This document shows positions 1 to 9,091 of a stretch of 44,216 nucleotides of DNA, piece after piece (position 1 is the first letter of the stretch; the number at the start of each line of letters is the position of its first letter). Source of the DNA: Candidatus Brocadiia bacterium (GTDB lineage Bacteria; Planctomycetota; DG-23; SLPQ01). The DNA lies in the NCBI GenBank assembly GCA_007131925.1, contig SLPQ01000001.1, forward strand, positions 1-44,216, in the 5' to 3' direction. Under the pieces are notes generated by a model. It had not been told where the DNA came from, ran no database searches, and saw only the letters and a list, made by a program, of their open reading frames with translations. The translations under genes were made by a program, and so were the position numbers.

Positions 1-603
1 GATGTCTTTGATGACCGCAACCACCTCGAAAAACTTCAGATGATCCGGCCCCTCCTCCCTGAGCACCCTGTAGGTGGGGGTCACCTGCCATTGTCGCTGC
101 GCGTAGTGCTGCAACTCTGACTTGTAGTTTTTGTAACGCTTTTCGCCCTCGGCGGCGCTTATCTCGCCTTCCAGAAGGTTCAGCACGACGCGGGAAGCCT
201 TGTCCATGCCGCCGTCCAGGTAGACCGCCGCTATAAGCGCCTCGAAGACATTGGCGTACAGGCTGTTGGGCAGGTGCCGGCGCTTGGCCATCCCCGGGCC
301 GACTATTATGAAATCCGCCAACCCCATAGTGCGAGCCACCCGCCCGAGGGCCGTGCGGCTGACTATCGCTGACTTCATACGCGTCAGTTCACCCTCGCGA
401 TACTCAGGATAGTTCTTGAACAGGTATTCGCAGATGACCACGCCGACGATAGCATCGCCGAGAAACTCCAGCCTTTCGTTGTCGAAAGCGTCGCTGGTAT
501 TGCTCGATGCGTGAGTGAGCGCCTGTATGAGGAGCGAGCCCTCCCGGAAGCGATACCCCAGGAGCTGCTGGCATTTCTCTACAGTATTCGGATCATTCAT
601 CAT
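1..603 (-). CDS. rnc: Ribonuclease III, N-terminal ~200 aa (C-terminus runs off the window start)
   Basis: Own reverse-strand translation from the ATG at complement 601..603: MMNDPNTVEKCQQLLGYRF...DNERLEFLGDAIVG (RNase III signature), then NYKSELQHYAQRQWQVTPTYRVLREEGPDHLKFFEV (start of dsRBD). Missing from the ORF track because it is open at the window edge. Confidence 0.9.
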   Translation of the reverse strand, partial: MMNDPNTVEKCQQLLGYRFREGSLLIQALTHASSNTSDAFDNERLEFLGDAIVGVVICEYLFKNYPEYREGELTRMKSAIVSRTALGRVARTMGLADFIIVGPGMAKRRHLPNSLYANVFEALIAAVYLDGGMDKASRVVLNLLEGEISAAEGEKRYKNYKSELQHYAQRQWQVTPTYRVLREEGPDHLKFFEVVAVIKDI

Positions 604-780
604 TGACAGTTTTCCGCCGCCGGTCATGCCTATATTGTAATATACGCCGCAAACCCTGCAAGCGCTCAAGGCTCTGGGGCCGCAAGGCGCACGGCAAACA
701 GGGTCCTACACTGACACATGGCTTTGTCCGACCTGTGGGTCCCTGCGCGTCATGTGCAGCTTGCGGGCCGTCGACGCCGC

Positions 781-809
781 TTGAAAGGGGGCGGGTGCTC
801 TGGTATCAT
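781..809 (+). promoter_or_regulatory. Predicted sigma70-type promoter for cysS (TTGAAA-17 nt-TATCAT, TGG just upstream of the -10)
   Basis: TTGAAA at 781..786, a 17-nt spacer, TATCAT at 804..809. It lies about 50 nt upstream of the cysS ATG. Pattern match only. Confidence 0.4.
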
Positions 810-858
810 TTTCTGGCGTATTTCGCTCTCTGGCCTTAGCTTGCAAGGATTGAGCCAT

Positions 859-2316
859 ATGCCACTTAAGGTTTACAATACGCTCGGCAGCAGGCGCGAG
901 GAGTTTGAGCCGCTCGATGACAGCTACGTGCGCATGTACGTGTGCGGGCCTACCGTTTATGATCATCCGCACATAGGCCACGCCAAGTCTTATGTATCCT
1001 TCGATGCGATGGTGCGTTACCTGAGGTACCTGGGCTATAAGGTCACCTACGTCCAGAACATCACCGATGTCGGGCATCTCACCGACGATGCAGACGAGGG
1101 CGAGGACAAGATCGCCAAGCGCGCAGCCCGCGAGCGAGTCGATCCGATGGAGCTGGTCGAGAAATACACCCGCTCATACTTCGAGGATATGGACGCGCTG
1201 AACTGCCTGCGCCCCGACATATCGCCGCGCGCTTCCGGGCACATCCCGGAGCAGATAGAGATAGTCAAGACCCTTCTCGAGAGGGGCTTTGCATATGAGG
1301 TGAACGGCTCGGTATATTTTGATGTTTCGAGGTTTTCTGCCTACGGGAAGCTTTCAGGCAGGAAGCTGGACGAGCTTGCCGCAGGCGCGCGCGTTGAGGT
1401 AAACCCCGACAAGAAGCATCCGGCGGATTTCGCTCTGTGGAAAAAAGCCGAGAAAGGCCACATACTGCGCTGGAACTCGCCCTGGGGCTGGGGCTATCCC
1501 GGGTGGCATCTCGAGTGCTCGGTGATGGCCACCCGCTACCTCGGAGAGACAATAGACATCCACGGGGGTGGCCTGGAAAATGCATTTCCCCATCACGAGT
1601 GCGAGATAGCCCAGAGCGAAGCGGCTCATGGCAAACCCTTTGCGAAATACTGGCTGCACAACAACATGGTCACTGTGGACGGCGTCAAGATGGGCAAGTC
1701 GCTCGGAAATTTCATAACCCTGAAGGATGCCTTTGCCCGGCATCATCCTCTGTGTCTGAGGTACTTTGTCCTGACGAGCCACTATCGCAGTCCGCTTGAC
1801 TTTTCGGAGGAGGCCATAGATGCCGCTGCCAGGGGCCTCCAGCGTATCCACAATGCCGTCGCCGCCGTCCGCCAGGCTCTGCAGGGCGCAAGCGAGCCTC
1901 AAGGAGGCAATGATGTTGAGCGCCTGCGCGAGATCGAGCGCTTCAGAGAGCGTTTCGAGGAGGCTATGAATGAGGATTTCAATACTCCCCAGGCGATTGC
2001 GGTACTCTCGGATCTCGTGCGCTGGACAAACCAACTCCTGGCCTCAGGCGCTCCGGGGGCAGCCGCGCTTGAGAAACTCAAAAGCGCCTTCGACACGCTC
2101 GGCGCAGACGTGCTCGGCATCGTCACCGATACGCTCGTTGGTCAGGAGGCTCCCGGCGGGCTCGAGGGGCGCCTGGTGGATATCCTTATCGATATGCGTG
2201 CCGAGGCGCGAAAGGCCAAGGATTTCAAGACCGCTGACGCCATTCGCGAACGGCTCGAGAAGGTCGGTGTCGAGTTGATGGACACGCCCGAGGGCACTAC
2301 CTGGAAGAGGGCATAG
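859..2316 (+). CDS. cysS: Cysteine--tRNA ligase
   Basis: ORF 718..2316. The conserved N-terminus [10 protein letters not shown] starts at ATG 859. Class I motifs present: HIGH (PHIGHAKSY) and the KMSKS variant [15 protein letters not shown] is typical of CysRS. Confidence 0.93.
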   Translation: MPLKVYNTLGSRREEFEPLDDSYVRMYVCGPTVYDHPHIGHAKSYVSFDAMVRYLRYLGYKVTYVQNITDVGHLTDDADEGEDKIAKRAARERVDPMELVEKYTRSYFEDMDALNCLRPDISPRASGHIPEQIEIVKTLLERGFAYEVNGSVYFDVSRFSAYGKLSGRKLDELAAGARVEVNPDKKHPADFALWKKAEKGHILRWNSPWGWGYPGWHLECSVMATRYLGETIDIHGGGLENAFPHHECEIAQSEAAHGKPFAKYWLHNNMVTVDGVKMGKSLGNFITLKDAFARHHPLCLRYFVLTSHYRSPLDFSEEAIDAAARGLQRIHNAVAAVRQALQGASEPQGGNDVERLREIERFRERFEEAMNEDFNTPQAIAVLSDLVRWTNQLLASGAPGAAALEKLKSAFDTLGADVLGIVTDTLVGQEAPGGLEGRLVDILIDMRAEARKAKDFKTADAIRERLEKVGVELMDTPEGTTWKRA

Positions 2317-2330
2317 CAGGGGGGGCGCGG

Positions 2331-2972
2331 ATGCCACAAGCGGAAGTGATCCTCGACAATTTCCATGCCGTAGCTGACATGGCCCGTGGCGCATCCCTTC
2401 TGATAAGGTTGCTCATCATCTCGCTGGCGGGCCTTTTCATCATGCGTGGCAAGATAATCTCGCCCCTTCTGGCGGCTCTTGCGGGTGCGCTGTGCGTGGC
2501 GGCGGCGATGATTTCGGTGGTCTTTGAGGACCGGCAAAATCTGGTCATATTCGCCCTGCTCTTTACGGTGGGTCTTTTCTGGGGCCGTGAGGCGTTGACC
2601 ATGCCGCTGGAGACCCGTCCGGGCCGCATACACATCCTGCTGGCGGGTCTGGCGGCTCTCTGGGGGCTCTTTTACCCGCAATTTGTCCAGGGAGTGGCTG
2701 GTCCAGTGCTTTTCGCGCCGGTAGGCCTTATTCCCTCGCCGACGCTGATGGTGGCATCTGCGGCGACCATAGCCGCGGGGCGCAGTTTCACTCTTTATGC
2801 CGTAGTGCCGACATGGATCGCGAGCGCGGTTTTCGGCATTGCGGGTGTTTTTTACCTTGGGGTCGGTGTGGACTGGGTACTGGTGGCGGTGGTTCCTGTG
2901 AGCATTGTTGCGTATTTTACGTCTGCCGTTCCAGCGCAGGCGAGGCGCAAGAGGCCGCGGCGCGTGCGATGA
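2331..2972 (+). CDS. Hypothetical polytopic membrane protein (about 6 hydrophobic helices, basic C-terminal tail RRKRPRRVR)
   Basis: ORF 2331..2972 starts 15 nt after the cysS stop. It has strongly hydrophobic helix-length segments and GC3-rich codons. No family recognised. Confidence 0.6.
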   Translation: MPQAEVILDNFHAVADMARGASLLIRLLIISLAGLFIMRGKIISPLLAALAGALCVAAAMISVVFEDRQNLVIFALLFTVGLFWGREALTMPLETRPGRIHILLAGLAALWGLFYPQFVQGVAGPVLFAPVGLIPSPTLMVASAATIAAGRSFTLYAVVPTWIASAVFGIAGVFYLGVGVDWVLVAVVPVSIVAYFTSAVPAQARRKRPRRVR

Positions 2973-3055
2973 CGGAGTTGCTGATTTCCTTTTGACTTGC
3001 AAGGGCGCCCTGGTGAGAGTAGCCTTTGCCCCGCGTCAGCATCGGAGCGTGCCAA

Positions 3056-4909
3056 ATGAACGAAAGCTACAGCGCAAAGTCACAGACACTTTTTGCACGC
3101 ATCGAAAAGCCGATGCTGGTGGTGGCTGGTATAGCGCTCTTGACGGTGGTGGTTGAGTGGGGATGGGGCGGCGCCATAACGCCGCTGGCCTCCAGGGCGA
3201 TTCTTCTCATGAATGCGCTGGTAATCGCTCTTTTCGTATTCGAGGCGCTGGCCAGGCTCGTCCTTTCGGACAACGTGCGTCTACACGTGGCCGAAAACAC
3301 CTTCGAAATCGCCGTGACGGCTGTCTTTCTGGCTGCCCTCATTCTGGGCAAGGTGCTCTACAATATCGAAGGGGTCGCAGGCAGGCTGGTCCGCATCGGA
3401 CTGGACCTGTCCCTTTTCTATGTGCTGCTGGGTCAGCTGTATCTGCTTGTCTGTGTGCTCATGAAGGCGATATCTCTTCAGAAGAAGGTCACCGCCGCGG
3501 GTATTCGTCCGGCGGCGGTGGTCATGGGCAGCTTTGCCGGGGTCATACTGCTGGGGACGGTGCTGCTTGTATCTCCGCGGGCCATCGCTGCTGAGAGGCT
3601 CGCCGTCGAGGGCCGTCTGCCGCTGGTCGATGCGCTCTTTACGGCGACCTCGGCGGTTTGCGTGACGGGTCTTATTGTCAGGGAGACGGGCACGCATTTC
3701 AGCCAGTTCGGGCAGGTTGTGATACTGGTGCTCATCCAGATCGGCGGGCTGGGCCTGATGACCTTCGTGACCTTTTCGTCGCTCATTCTGGGAAAGGGTA
3801 TGGCGCTTAGCGAGCAGGTGGCCATGCAGGATGCGCTCTCTTACGATGTCCTGGCCAAGCTGCCGCGACTGGTGGTCTACATACTGCTTGTGACATTTGT
3901 GACCGAGGCGATAGGGGCAGCGCTTCTGTACAGGGTGTGGCATGGGGACATGAGCGTGCAGCGGCGCCTCTACGTGAGCATCTTTCACTCGGTAAGCTCC
4001 TTCTGCAACGCTGGTTTCAGCCTTTTTGACGATTCATTCGTAGCCTACCGCGGCTCTTTATTGCTAAATGGAGTTGTTACTTTCCTGGTCATATTCGGTG
4101 GTCTCGGCTTCATAGTGCAGCGCAACCTTGCCGGGCGTCTCTGGTATGCGCTCAGGTGTCGCCTGGCGCCGCACTCGCGCCTGTTGAAGCCTCTCCGGGA
4201 AAGCAGGCACAGGAGCTTCATGTCACTGCAGACAAAGATAGTACTGGCAATGACGGGGTGTCTTCTGGCCGCGGGGGCGATACTCTTTGCCTTGCTTGAG
4301 TGGCACGGCGCACTTGGCGGGCTGAGTCTCTCCGAGAAGCTGCTGGGGGTGTGGTTTCAGGCGGTCACGCCCCGCACAGCCGGTTTCAACACGGTCAGCT
4401 TCTCCTCGATGAGGACCACCACTTACCTGATGATTGTGGTGCTGATGTTCATTGGCGCCTCGCCCGGAGGTACCGGCGGCGGCATAAAGACCTCGACTTT
4501 CTTTATCCTGCTGGCGACGGTCTACTCGGCGCTCAGTCAGCGTGAGGACGTCGAGGCGCTGCGCCGCAGAGTGCCAGCTCAGGTTGCGCGACAGGCGGTT
4601 ATGGTGATGTTTCTGGGCCTGGCGCTTGTGATATCGGGCCTTTTCGTCCTGAGCATCACAGAGCCCGGTGTTCCATTTGAGCGGCTTCTTTTCGAAAATA
4701 TGAGCGCTTTCGGTACGGTGGGGCTCTCTACAGGCACGCCTGGCACGCCGCTTTCGCTTTCGGCCTCCTTGTCGTGGCTGGGCAAGCTGGTTATCATAGT
4801 GACGATGTTTGCCGGGCGTATCGGACCGCTCACGCTTGTAATAGCGATAGCCCAGCAGAGACGCAGAGTACAGTACGAGTATCCCGCCGAAGAGTTGGTC
4901 ATAGGTTAG
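3056..4909 (+). CDS. trkH: TrkH/KtrB-family K+ transporter membrane subunit with an extra ~150-aa N-terminal 4-helix extension
   Basis: Core motifs: DALFTATSAVCVTGL, LIQIGGLGLMTF, GGTGGGIKTSTF, FGTVGLSTG. Start set at ATG 3056 (GGAGCG about 9 nt upstream). The ORF-track start at 3026 is a TTG and remains possible. Confidence 0.88.
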   Translation: MNESYSAKSQTLFARIEKPMLVVAGIALLTVVVEWGWGGAITPLASRAILLMNALVIALFVFEALARLVLSDNVRLHVAENTFEIAVTAVFLAALILGKVLYNIEGVAGRLVRIGLDLSLFYVLLGQLYLLVCVLMKAISLQKKVTAAGIRPAAVVMGSFAGVILLGTVLLVSPRAIAAERLAVEGRLPLVDALFTATSAVCVTGLIVRETGTHFSQFGQVVILVLIQIGGLGLMTFVTFSSLILGKGMALSEQVAMQDALSYDVLAKLPRLVVYILLVTFVTEAIGAALLYRVWHGDMSVQRRLYVSIFHSVSSFCNAGFSLFDDSFVAYRGSLLLNGVVTFLVIFGGLGFIVQRNLAGRLWYALRCRLAPHSRLLKPLRESRHRSFMSLQTKIVLAMTGCLLAAGAILFALLEWHGALGGLSLSEKLLGVWFQAVTPRTAGFNTVSFSSMRTTTYLMIVVLMFIGASPGGTGGGIKTSTFFILLATVYSALSQREDVEALRRRVPAQVARQAVMVMFLGLALVISGLFVLSITEPGVPFERLLFENMSAFGTVGLSTGTPGTPLSLSASLSWLGKLVIIVTMFAGRIGPLTLVIAIAQQRRRVQYEYPAEELVIG

Positions 4910-4918
4910 GGAGGCGTC

Positions 4919-5605
4919 ATGGCGCGTTTTGCGATCATAGGATTGGGCAGGTTTGGGATGACCCTGGCGCGGACTCTCTCCGACAACGGCGCCGAAGTGG
5001 TCGGCATCGACACCGTAAGGGAGCCTGTAGAAGAGGCCCGGGAGCTCATGACCCTGGCCGTCAGGCTCGACTCGACCGATGAGCAGGCCCTGGCTGCACA
5101 TGACATTGACAAGATGGACGCAGTGATCGTCAGCATAGGCGAGGCCTTCGAGTCAAAGGCCATCACCGTCGCCACGCTGAAGAAAATGGGCGTAAAGCGC
5201 ATAATCTGCCGCGCCGAGAGCGATCTGCGCTCGAAGATCCTCTCAGCCATCGGCGCCAACGAGATCGTCTATCCCGAGGAGGAGTCCGCCCTGCGCCTCG
5301 CCCAGAAGCTCATCGCCCCCAGCATCGTCGAATACTTCGAACTCGCCGAGGGCCATTCACTTGTCCAGTTTGAGGCGCCGAGAGAGTGGCACGGCAAGCA
5401 GATCATTGAGCTCGACCTGCGTAGAAAATACGAGGTGAACCTTGTTGCCATAAAGCGGCGCACTCCTGCAAAGGGGCCCGAGGGCAAGGTTGTCTACAAG
5501 GAAAAAATAATCGATGTGCCGCGCCCGACAGATACCATCGAGTCCAACGACATACTCGTAATCGTAGGCAGCGATGAAAACATCCTGAGCCTGCCGCACG
5601 ACTGA
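4919..5605 (+). CDS. trkA: TrkA/KtrA-type K+ uptake regulatory subunit (RCK: TrkA-N + TrkA-C)
   Basis: MARFAIIGLGRFGMTLA Rossmann GxGxxG motif. GGGAGG lies just upstream of the ATG, and the gene starts 9 nt after the trkH stop. The 228-aa length is typical of KtrA. Confidence 0.88.
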   Translation: MARFAIIGLGRFGMTLARTLSDNGAEVVGIDTVREPVEEARELMTLAVRLDSTDEQALAAHDIDKMDAVIVSIGEAFESKAITVATLKKMGVKRIICRAESDLRSKILSAIGANEIVYPEEESALRLAQKLIAPSIVEYFELAEGHSLVQFEAPREWHGKQIIELDLRRKYEVNLVAIKRRTPAKGPEGKVVYKEKIIDVPRPTDTIESNDILVIVGSDENILSLPHD

Positions 5606-5720
5606 TTGTGTCACTGCCGGTGCCGAAAGGAAGTGTGCCACGGCCCACTCGCATGAGTACTTCAACGCCAGACGCTACGGCCAGGCAGAAAAAGCGACAT
5701 GGGTCTCCATTACGGTCAAT

Positions 5721-6569
5721 GTGCTCCTGGGCATCATGAAGACCCTCATCGGCGTCACGGGCAGCTCGATCGCACTGGTGGCCGACGGGATTCATACCCT
5801 TGCGGACACCTTCACAAGCCTTGCCGTATGGATAGGGCTCAAGATAGCACGTCGCCCGGCGGACACTACGCACCCCTATGGCCACGGCAAGGCCGAGCCG
5901 ATAGCGGCCAAGGTCGTAGCCATTGCGCTCTTTCTGGTCGCCGGAGGCATCGCTTTTGAAAGCATCAAGGCTATCCTTGCCCACTTCGCCGGCACGGCCG
6001 AGCTTGCAGCCCCGACTGCCCTGACTCTGTATGCCGCGCTCCTTTCAATCTTCGCAAAGGAGCTGCTCTACCAATACCAGGTTCGTATAGGCCGCAAGGT
6101 GTCGTCGGTAGCTCTCATCGCCGATGCGTGGCACCACCGCAGCGACGCCTTTTCATCCGTGGCGGTAGCGGCAGGCATCGCCGTGGCGGTCCTGGCGGGC
6201 GAGACATGGCGCTGGGCTGACCAGGCCGCTGCGCTTGCGGTGGCGGTATTTATCGCGTGGATAGCCTGGGACCTTTTCAAGCAGTCCGCCGCGGGCATCA
6301 TGGACACACCCGCAGCCGACGAGGTCGAAAGCGAGATTCGAAGGGTGGCCGGCGCGGTCGAGGGCGTGCTCGGCATAGAAAAGACCTTTGCGCGCCGTTC
6401 GGGCCTCGATGTCCTTGTAGATATCCATGTGGAGGTCGATCCGCGCATGAGTGTCGAAACGGGCCACGAGATAGCGAGCCGCGTTACGCGTGAGCTCACA
6501 GAGACCATCCCCGAGGTCACGCACGCGCTTGTTCATATCGAGCCCTACAGGGGCACTCCGGAAGGCTGA
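5721..6569 (+). CDS. Cation diffusion facilitator (CDF) family metal efflux transporter; N-terminus and start codon unresolved
   Basis: SIALVADGIHTLADT and ADAWHHRSDAFSS (HxxxD metal-site motifs in TM2 and TM5) plus a C-terminal cytoplasmic domain. The only in-frame start is GTG 5721, which sits inside conserved TM1 (see finding). Confidence 0.8.
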   Translation: MLLGIMKTLIGVTGSSIALVADGIHTLADTFTSLAVWIGLKIARRPADTTHPYGHGKAEPIAAKVVAIALFLVAGGIAFESIKAILAHFAGTAELAAPTALTLYAALLSIFAKELLYQYQVRIGRKVSSVALIADAWHHRSDAFSSVAVAAGIAVAVLAGETWRWADQAAALAVAVFIAWIAWDLFKQSAAGIMDTPAADEVESEIRRVAGAVEGVLGIEKTFARRSGLDVLVDIHVEVDPRMSVETGHEIASRVTRELTETIPEVTHALVHIEPYRGTPEG

Positions 6570-6591
6570 GTAAAGACCGACTGCGCTGCTT

Positions 6592-7344
6592 TCAGGGGGC
6601 GCGTGGTGGAAGGGCTTTGGGCGGCAGCAGATCGAGGACTTCCGGCAGCTTGCCGATGCGGGTGCAGTCAAACTCGCCATGCAGGTCCAACGGATCGAGC
6701 AGGATGCCTCTGAGCCCTGCTGCATGTGCGCCGACGATGTCCACAGCGTAGATGTCTCCGATGTAGACGCACTTGTCCGGATCGGTCTCCGCCAGTGAGA
6801 GCGCGCAGTGGAATATCCGCTCTGAGGGCTTTTCCGCGCCCACTGTGGATGAGTCGACGATGCATGTGAAAAAGCTTGTCAGTCCGCCCTCGTCCAAGAG
6901 AGCCTTGAGGCGTCCGTCGCAGTTGGAAATCACGCCGAGCATGTAGCCGCGGCTCTTGAGCGCCTCAAGCGTGTCGGCGACGAAATCCGGCGCCTGTCGC
7001 CAGAGGTTTCGCTCAAGGTGCTCGTCGACAAGTATCCCGGCACATTCGCCGGCGAAGTCCCCCGGAATGCCTGCCAGGGTGAGTATGCGCTTGAAGTACG
7101 GCCTGAGGCGGTCGGCATCTGTGGGGTACTTCTTCAGCAGTGAGAGCCGTGTGGCCTCATAGGCTGCCACTGACTGCCCGTAGAAAAGCCCCTCTTCGCT
7201 GATATCCCAGCCGTCGCTGCTGATGCGACCGGCTATCCACGCGAGGTCAAGGTATAGCAGCGTGTTTCCCGCGTCAAAAAAAACCGTACGCACCTTCGAT
7301 GCATCAGGCCATGCGTTATGGTTATCGCGGATATCTGCTATCAA
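6592..7344 (-). CDS. HAD-superfamily hydrolase (subfamily IA-like)
   Basis: Motif I variant VFFDAGNTLL, motif II VISNCDG, and motif III/IV K...YIGDIYAVDIVGAHAAG. Confidence 0.75.
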   Translation of the reverse strand: MIADIRDNHNAWPDASKVRTVFFDAGNTLLYLDLAWIAGRISSDGWDISEEGLFYGQSVAAYEATRLSLLKKYPTDADRLRPYFKRILTLAGIPGDFAGECAGILVDEHLERNLWRQAPDFVADTLEALKSRGYMLGVISNCDGRLKALLDEGGLTSFFTCIVDSSTVGAEKPSERIFHCALSLAETDPDKCVYIGDIYAVDIVGAHAAGLRGILLDPLDLHGEFDCTRIGKLPEVLDLLPPKALPPRAP

Positions 7345-7652
7345 GCGACTCCCTGCCTTTCCGCCTCAACGTGTCACAGATCAGAGCGGCAAGCCCGAAA
7401 AGTCACATGGTCCCGCCGCAGGGCGGACAATGCGCCTCGGTGACACCCTCGGCAACGAGCTCGCGCGAGGCGGTTTCCGGCCCGGTTACTTGAAATCTCC
7501 CTTGCGCCTTTTGGCGAATATTGAGAATATTAGGGCCCAAAAGCGCGCCTGTCAAAGATAAAGCGCTTTTTTGAGCGCCGCAAAGCGCTTCAGGCGCAGC
7601 AGGACTTTTGCCGAACCAATAGTACTCGCGGCCTTAAGAGGGCCGCTGGGGC

Positions 7653-8489
7653 GTGGCGATGGATATTGTCAGCAGAAATGGAGGCGCTGTGACAGCCGCC
7701 GGGGAATTCGCCGAACCTCTCGCGGCGCTCGGGCTCGATACGCTCGAAGGGGTATTCGACTACTCGGGCGCAGGATACCTGCGTACGCATGCCAATCGGG
7801 ACAATTTTCACATCGTCTTTGAGAAGGCCGGCAGGCATGTCGACCTCTATTTGAAGCGCCACCGGGGCTTTGAGCTCAAGGAGGCGCTCAAGCTTCTAAT
7901 GGCGCGTGAGCCGATGACGAGTGCCGGGCGGCGCGAATGGGAAAACCTGCTCAGGCTCCAGCGTCTCGGCATACAGGCGCCGCGCCGGGTTGCATTCGGC
8001 GAGAAGCGACTTCTCGGGTTCGAGCGAAGAAGCTTTGTAATCACCGAGGCAATAGCCTCTGCTGTGCCTCTTGATGAGTACCTGGGCTCATTGCAGGGCG
8101 ATCAGGCCCAAAGAGGGGCTGCGCTTCTTGTAAAACGGGCGCTTCTCTGGGACCTCGGGGAGATCGTCAGGCGGCTGCACGGTGCCGGCCTTACACACAT
8201 GGATCTCTACCTTTCGCATTTTCTCGTGCGTGAAAAGGCCGACGGGGACATGGAGATCTTCTTGATAGACCTTCAGCGAATGGCCAGGCGCTGGCTCTTC
8301 AAGCGCCGCTGGATCATAAAGGACCTTGCGGCACTTCTATACAGCGCGCGCGACGTGGGGCTATCGAAGACAGATTTCGGGAGGTTCTTTTCGGCCTATT
8401 TTGACGGTACCCCGTCGAGGGCACAGAAAAGACTCTTACGCGCGGCGCTCGGCAGGGCCAGCCGCATGGCCAGGCGCCGGAGATCCTGA
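7653..8489 (+). CDS. Lipopolysaccharide kinase (Kdo/WaaP/InaA) family protein
   Basis: A kinase catalytic-loop-like HGAGLTHMDLYLSHFLV followed by FLIDLQRM. Length is about 278 aa. Start is GTG 7653 or ATG 7659. Confidence 0.7.
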   Translation: MAMDIVSRNGGAVTAAGEFAEPLAALGLDTLEGVFDYSGAGYLRTHANRDNFHIVFEKAGRHVDLYLKRHRGFELKEALKLLMAREPMTSAGRREWENLLRLQRLGIQAPRRVAFGEKRLLGFERRSFVITEAIASAVPLDEYLGSLQGDQAQRGAALLVKRALLWDLGEIVRRLHGAGLTHMDLYLSHFLVREKADGDMEIFLIDLQRMARRWLFKRRWIIKDLAALLYSARDVGLSKTDFGRFFSAYFDGTPSRAQKRLLRAALGRASRMARRRRS

Positions 8490-8602
8490 AAAATCCTTGT
8501 GAAGCGGTTTATCTGCTCTATGTAGAGCCAGGCTGTCGGGAACAAGCGATGAGGAACCAGTGTCGCCTGTAAGGGACATGTTTCTCAAGGGAGGAGATGC
8601 AA

Positions 8603-8824
8603 ATGTCGGCCAAGGCAAAGGCAAAGATAATCATCATCAGCATCATCTTACTGATCTGCATAATAGTCATCTTTCAGAATCTTGACACTATTCCCGTGCA
8701 GGTGCTCTTCTGGTCATTCCGGATCTCGCAGGCGCTTCTACTGCTTGTGGTAGTCGCAGCGGGATTTGTTGCCGGCCTTCTGGCGGCAAGCGTCATGGCC
8801 GGGCGCTATCGAAAGCGCACCTGA
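8603..8824 (+). CDS. LapA-domain (DUF1049-like) small inner-membrane protein
   Basis: Two hydrophobic helices (IIIISIILLICIIVIF; ALLLLVVVAAGFVAGLLAASV) with FQNLD..VQV..F between them. AAGGGAGGAG ends at 8596, which favours ATG 8603 over ATG 8597. Confidence 0.65.
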   Translation: MSAKAKAKIIIISIILLICIIVIFQNLDTIPVQVLFWSFRISQALLLLVVVAAGFVAGLLAASVMAGRYRKRT

Positions 8825-8961
8825 GACGCCGCTCCACTACATTACCCAGCCTTGTCGCGTCCCCTGCGGCACATGCGAAGTCAAGCCGCCCTGTCGCGCC
8901 TTGCGGCGACCCCTCCAGGCGGCCCTCTCCGGATATTTTGCTTCGTCGGGCTTGCAAATAC

Positions 8962-8990
8962 TTGGCAGCAAGCACTCATTTCTGTAAAAT
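8962..8990 (+). promoter_or_regulatory. Predicted sigma70-type promoter for gdhA (TTGGCA-17 nt-TAAAAT)
   Basis: TTGGCA at 8962..8967, a 17-nt spacer, TAAAAT at 8985..8990. This implies a leader of about 95 nt. Pattern match only. Confidence 0.45.
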
Positions 8991-9091
8991 TGCCGGGCTT
9001 TTACTTGTAACAGTACGGCAGTCTCGAAAGCCCTTCAGGCGCCCCCCCGGGCGCGTAATGGGCGCTCCGAGCACACTTTTTGGGAGAAGGC

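Noticed and set aside
604-858. T-box or other riboswitch leader upstream of cysS
   Set aside because: The predicted promoter at 781..809 leaves only about 45 nt of leader. I could find no specifier or T-box-like sequence or terminator/antiterminator pair.
8951-8990. Sigma54 (-24/-12) promoter upstream of gdhA at CTTGGCAGCAAGCACTC
   Set aside because: TGGCA is present, but the -12 element does not match (ACTC where TTGC is expected at the correct spacing). A sigma70-like TTGGCA-17-TAAAAT fits better.
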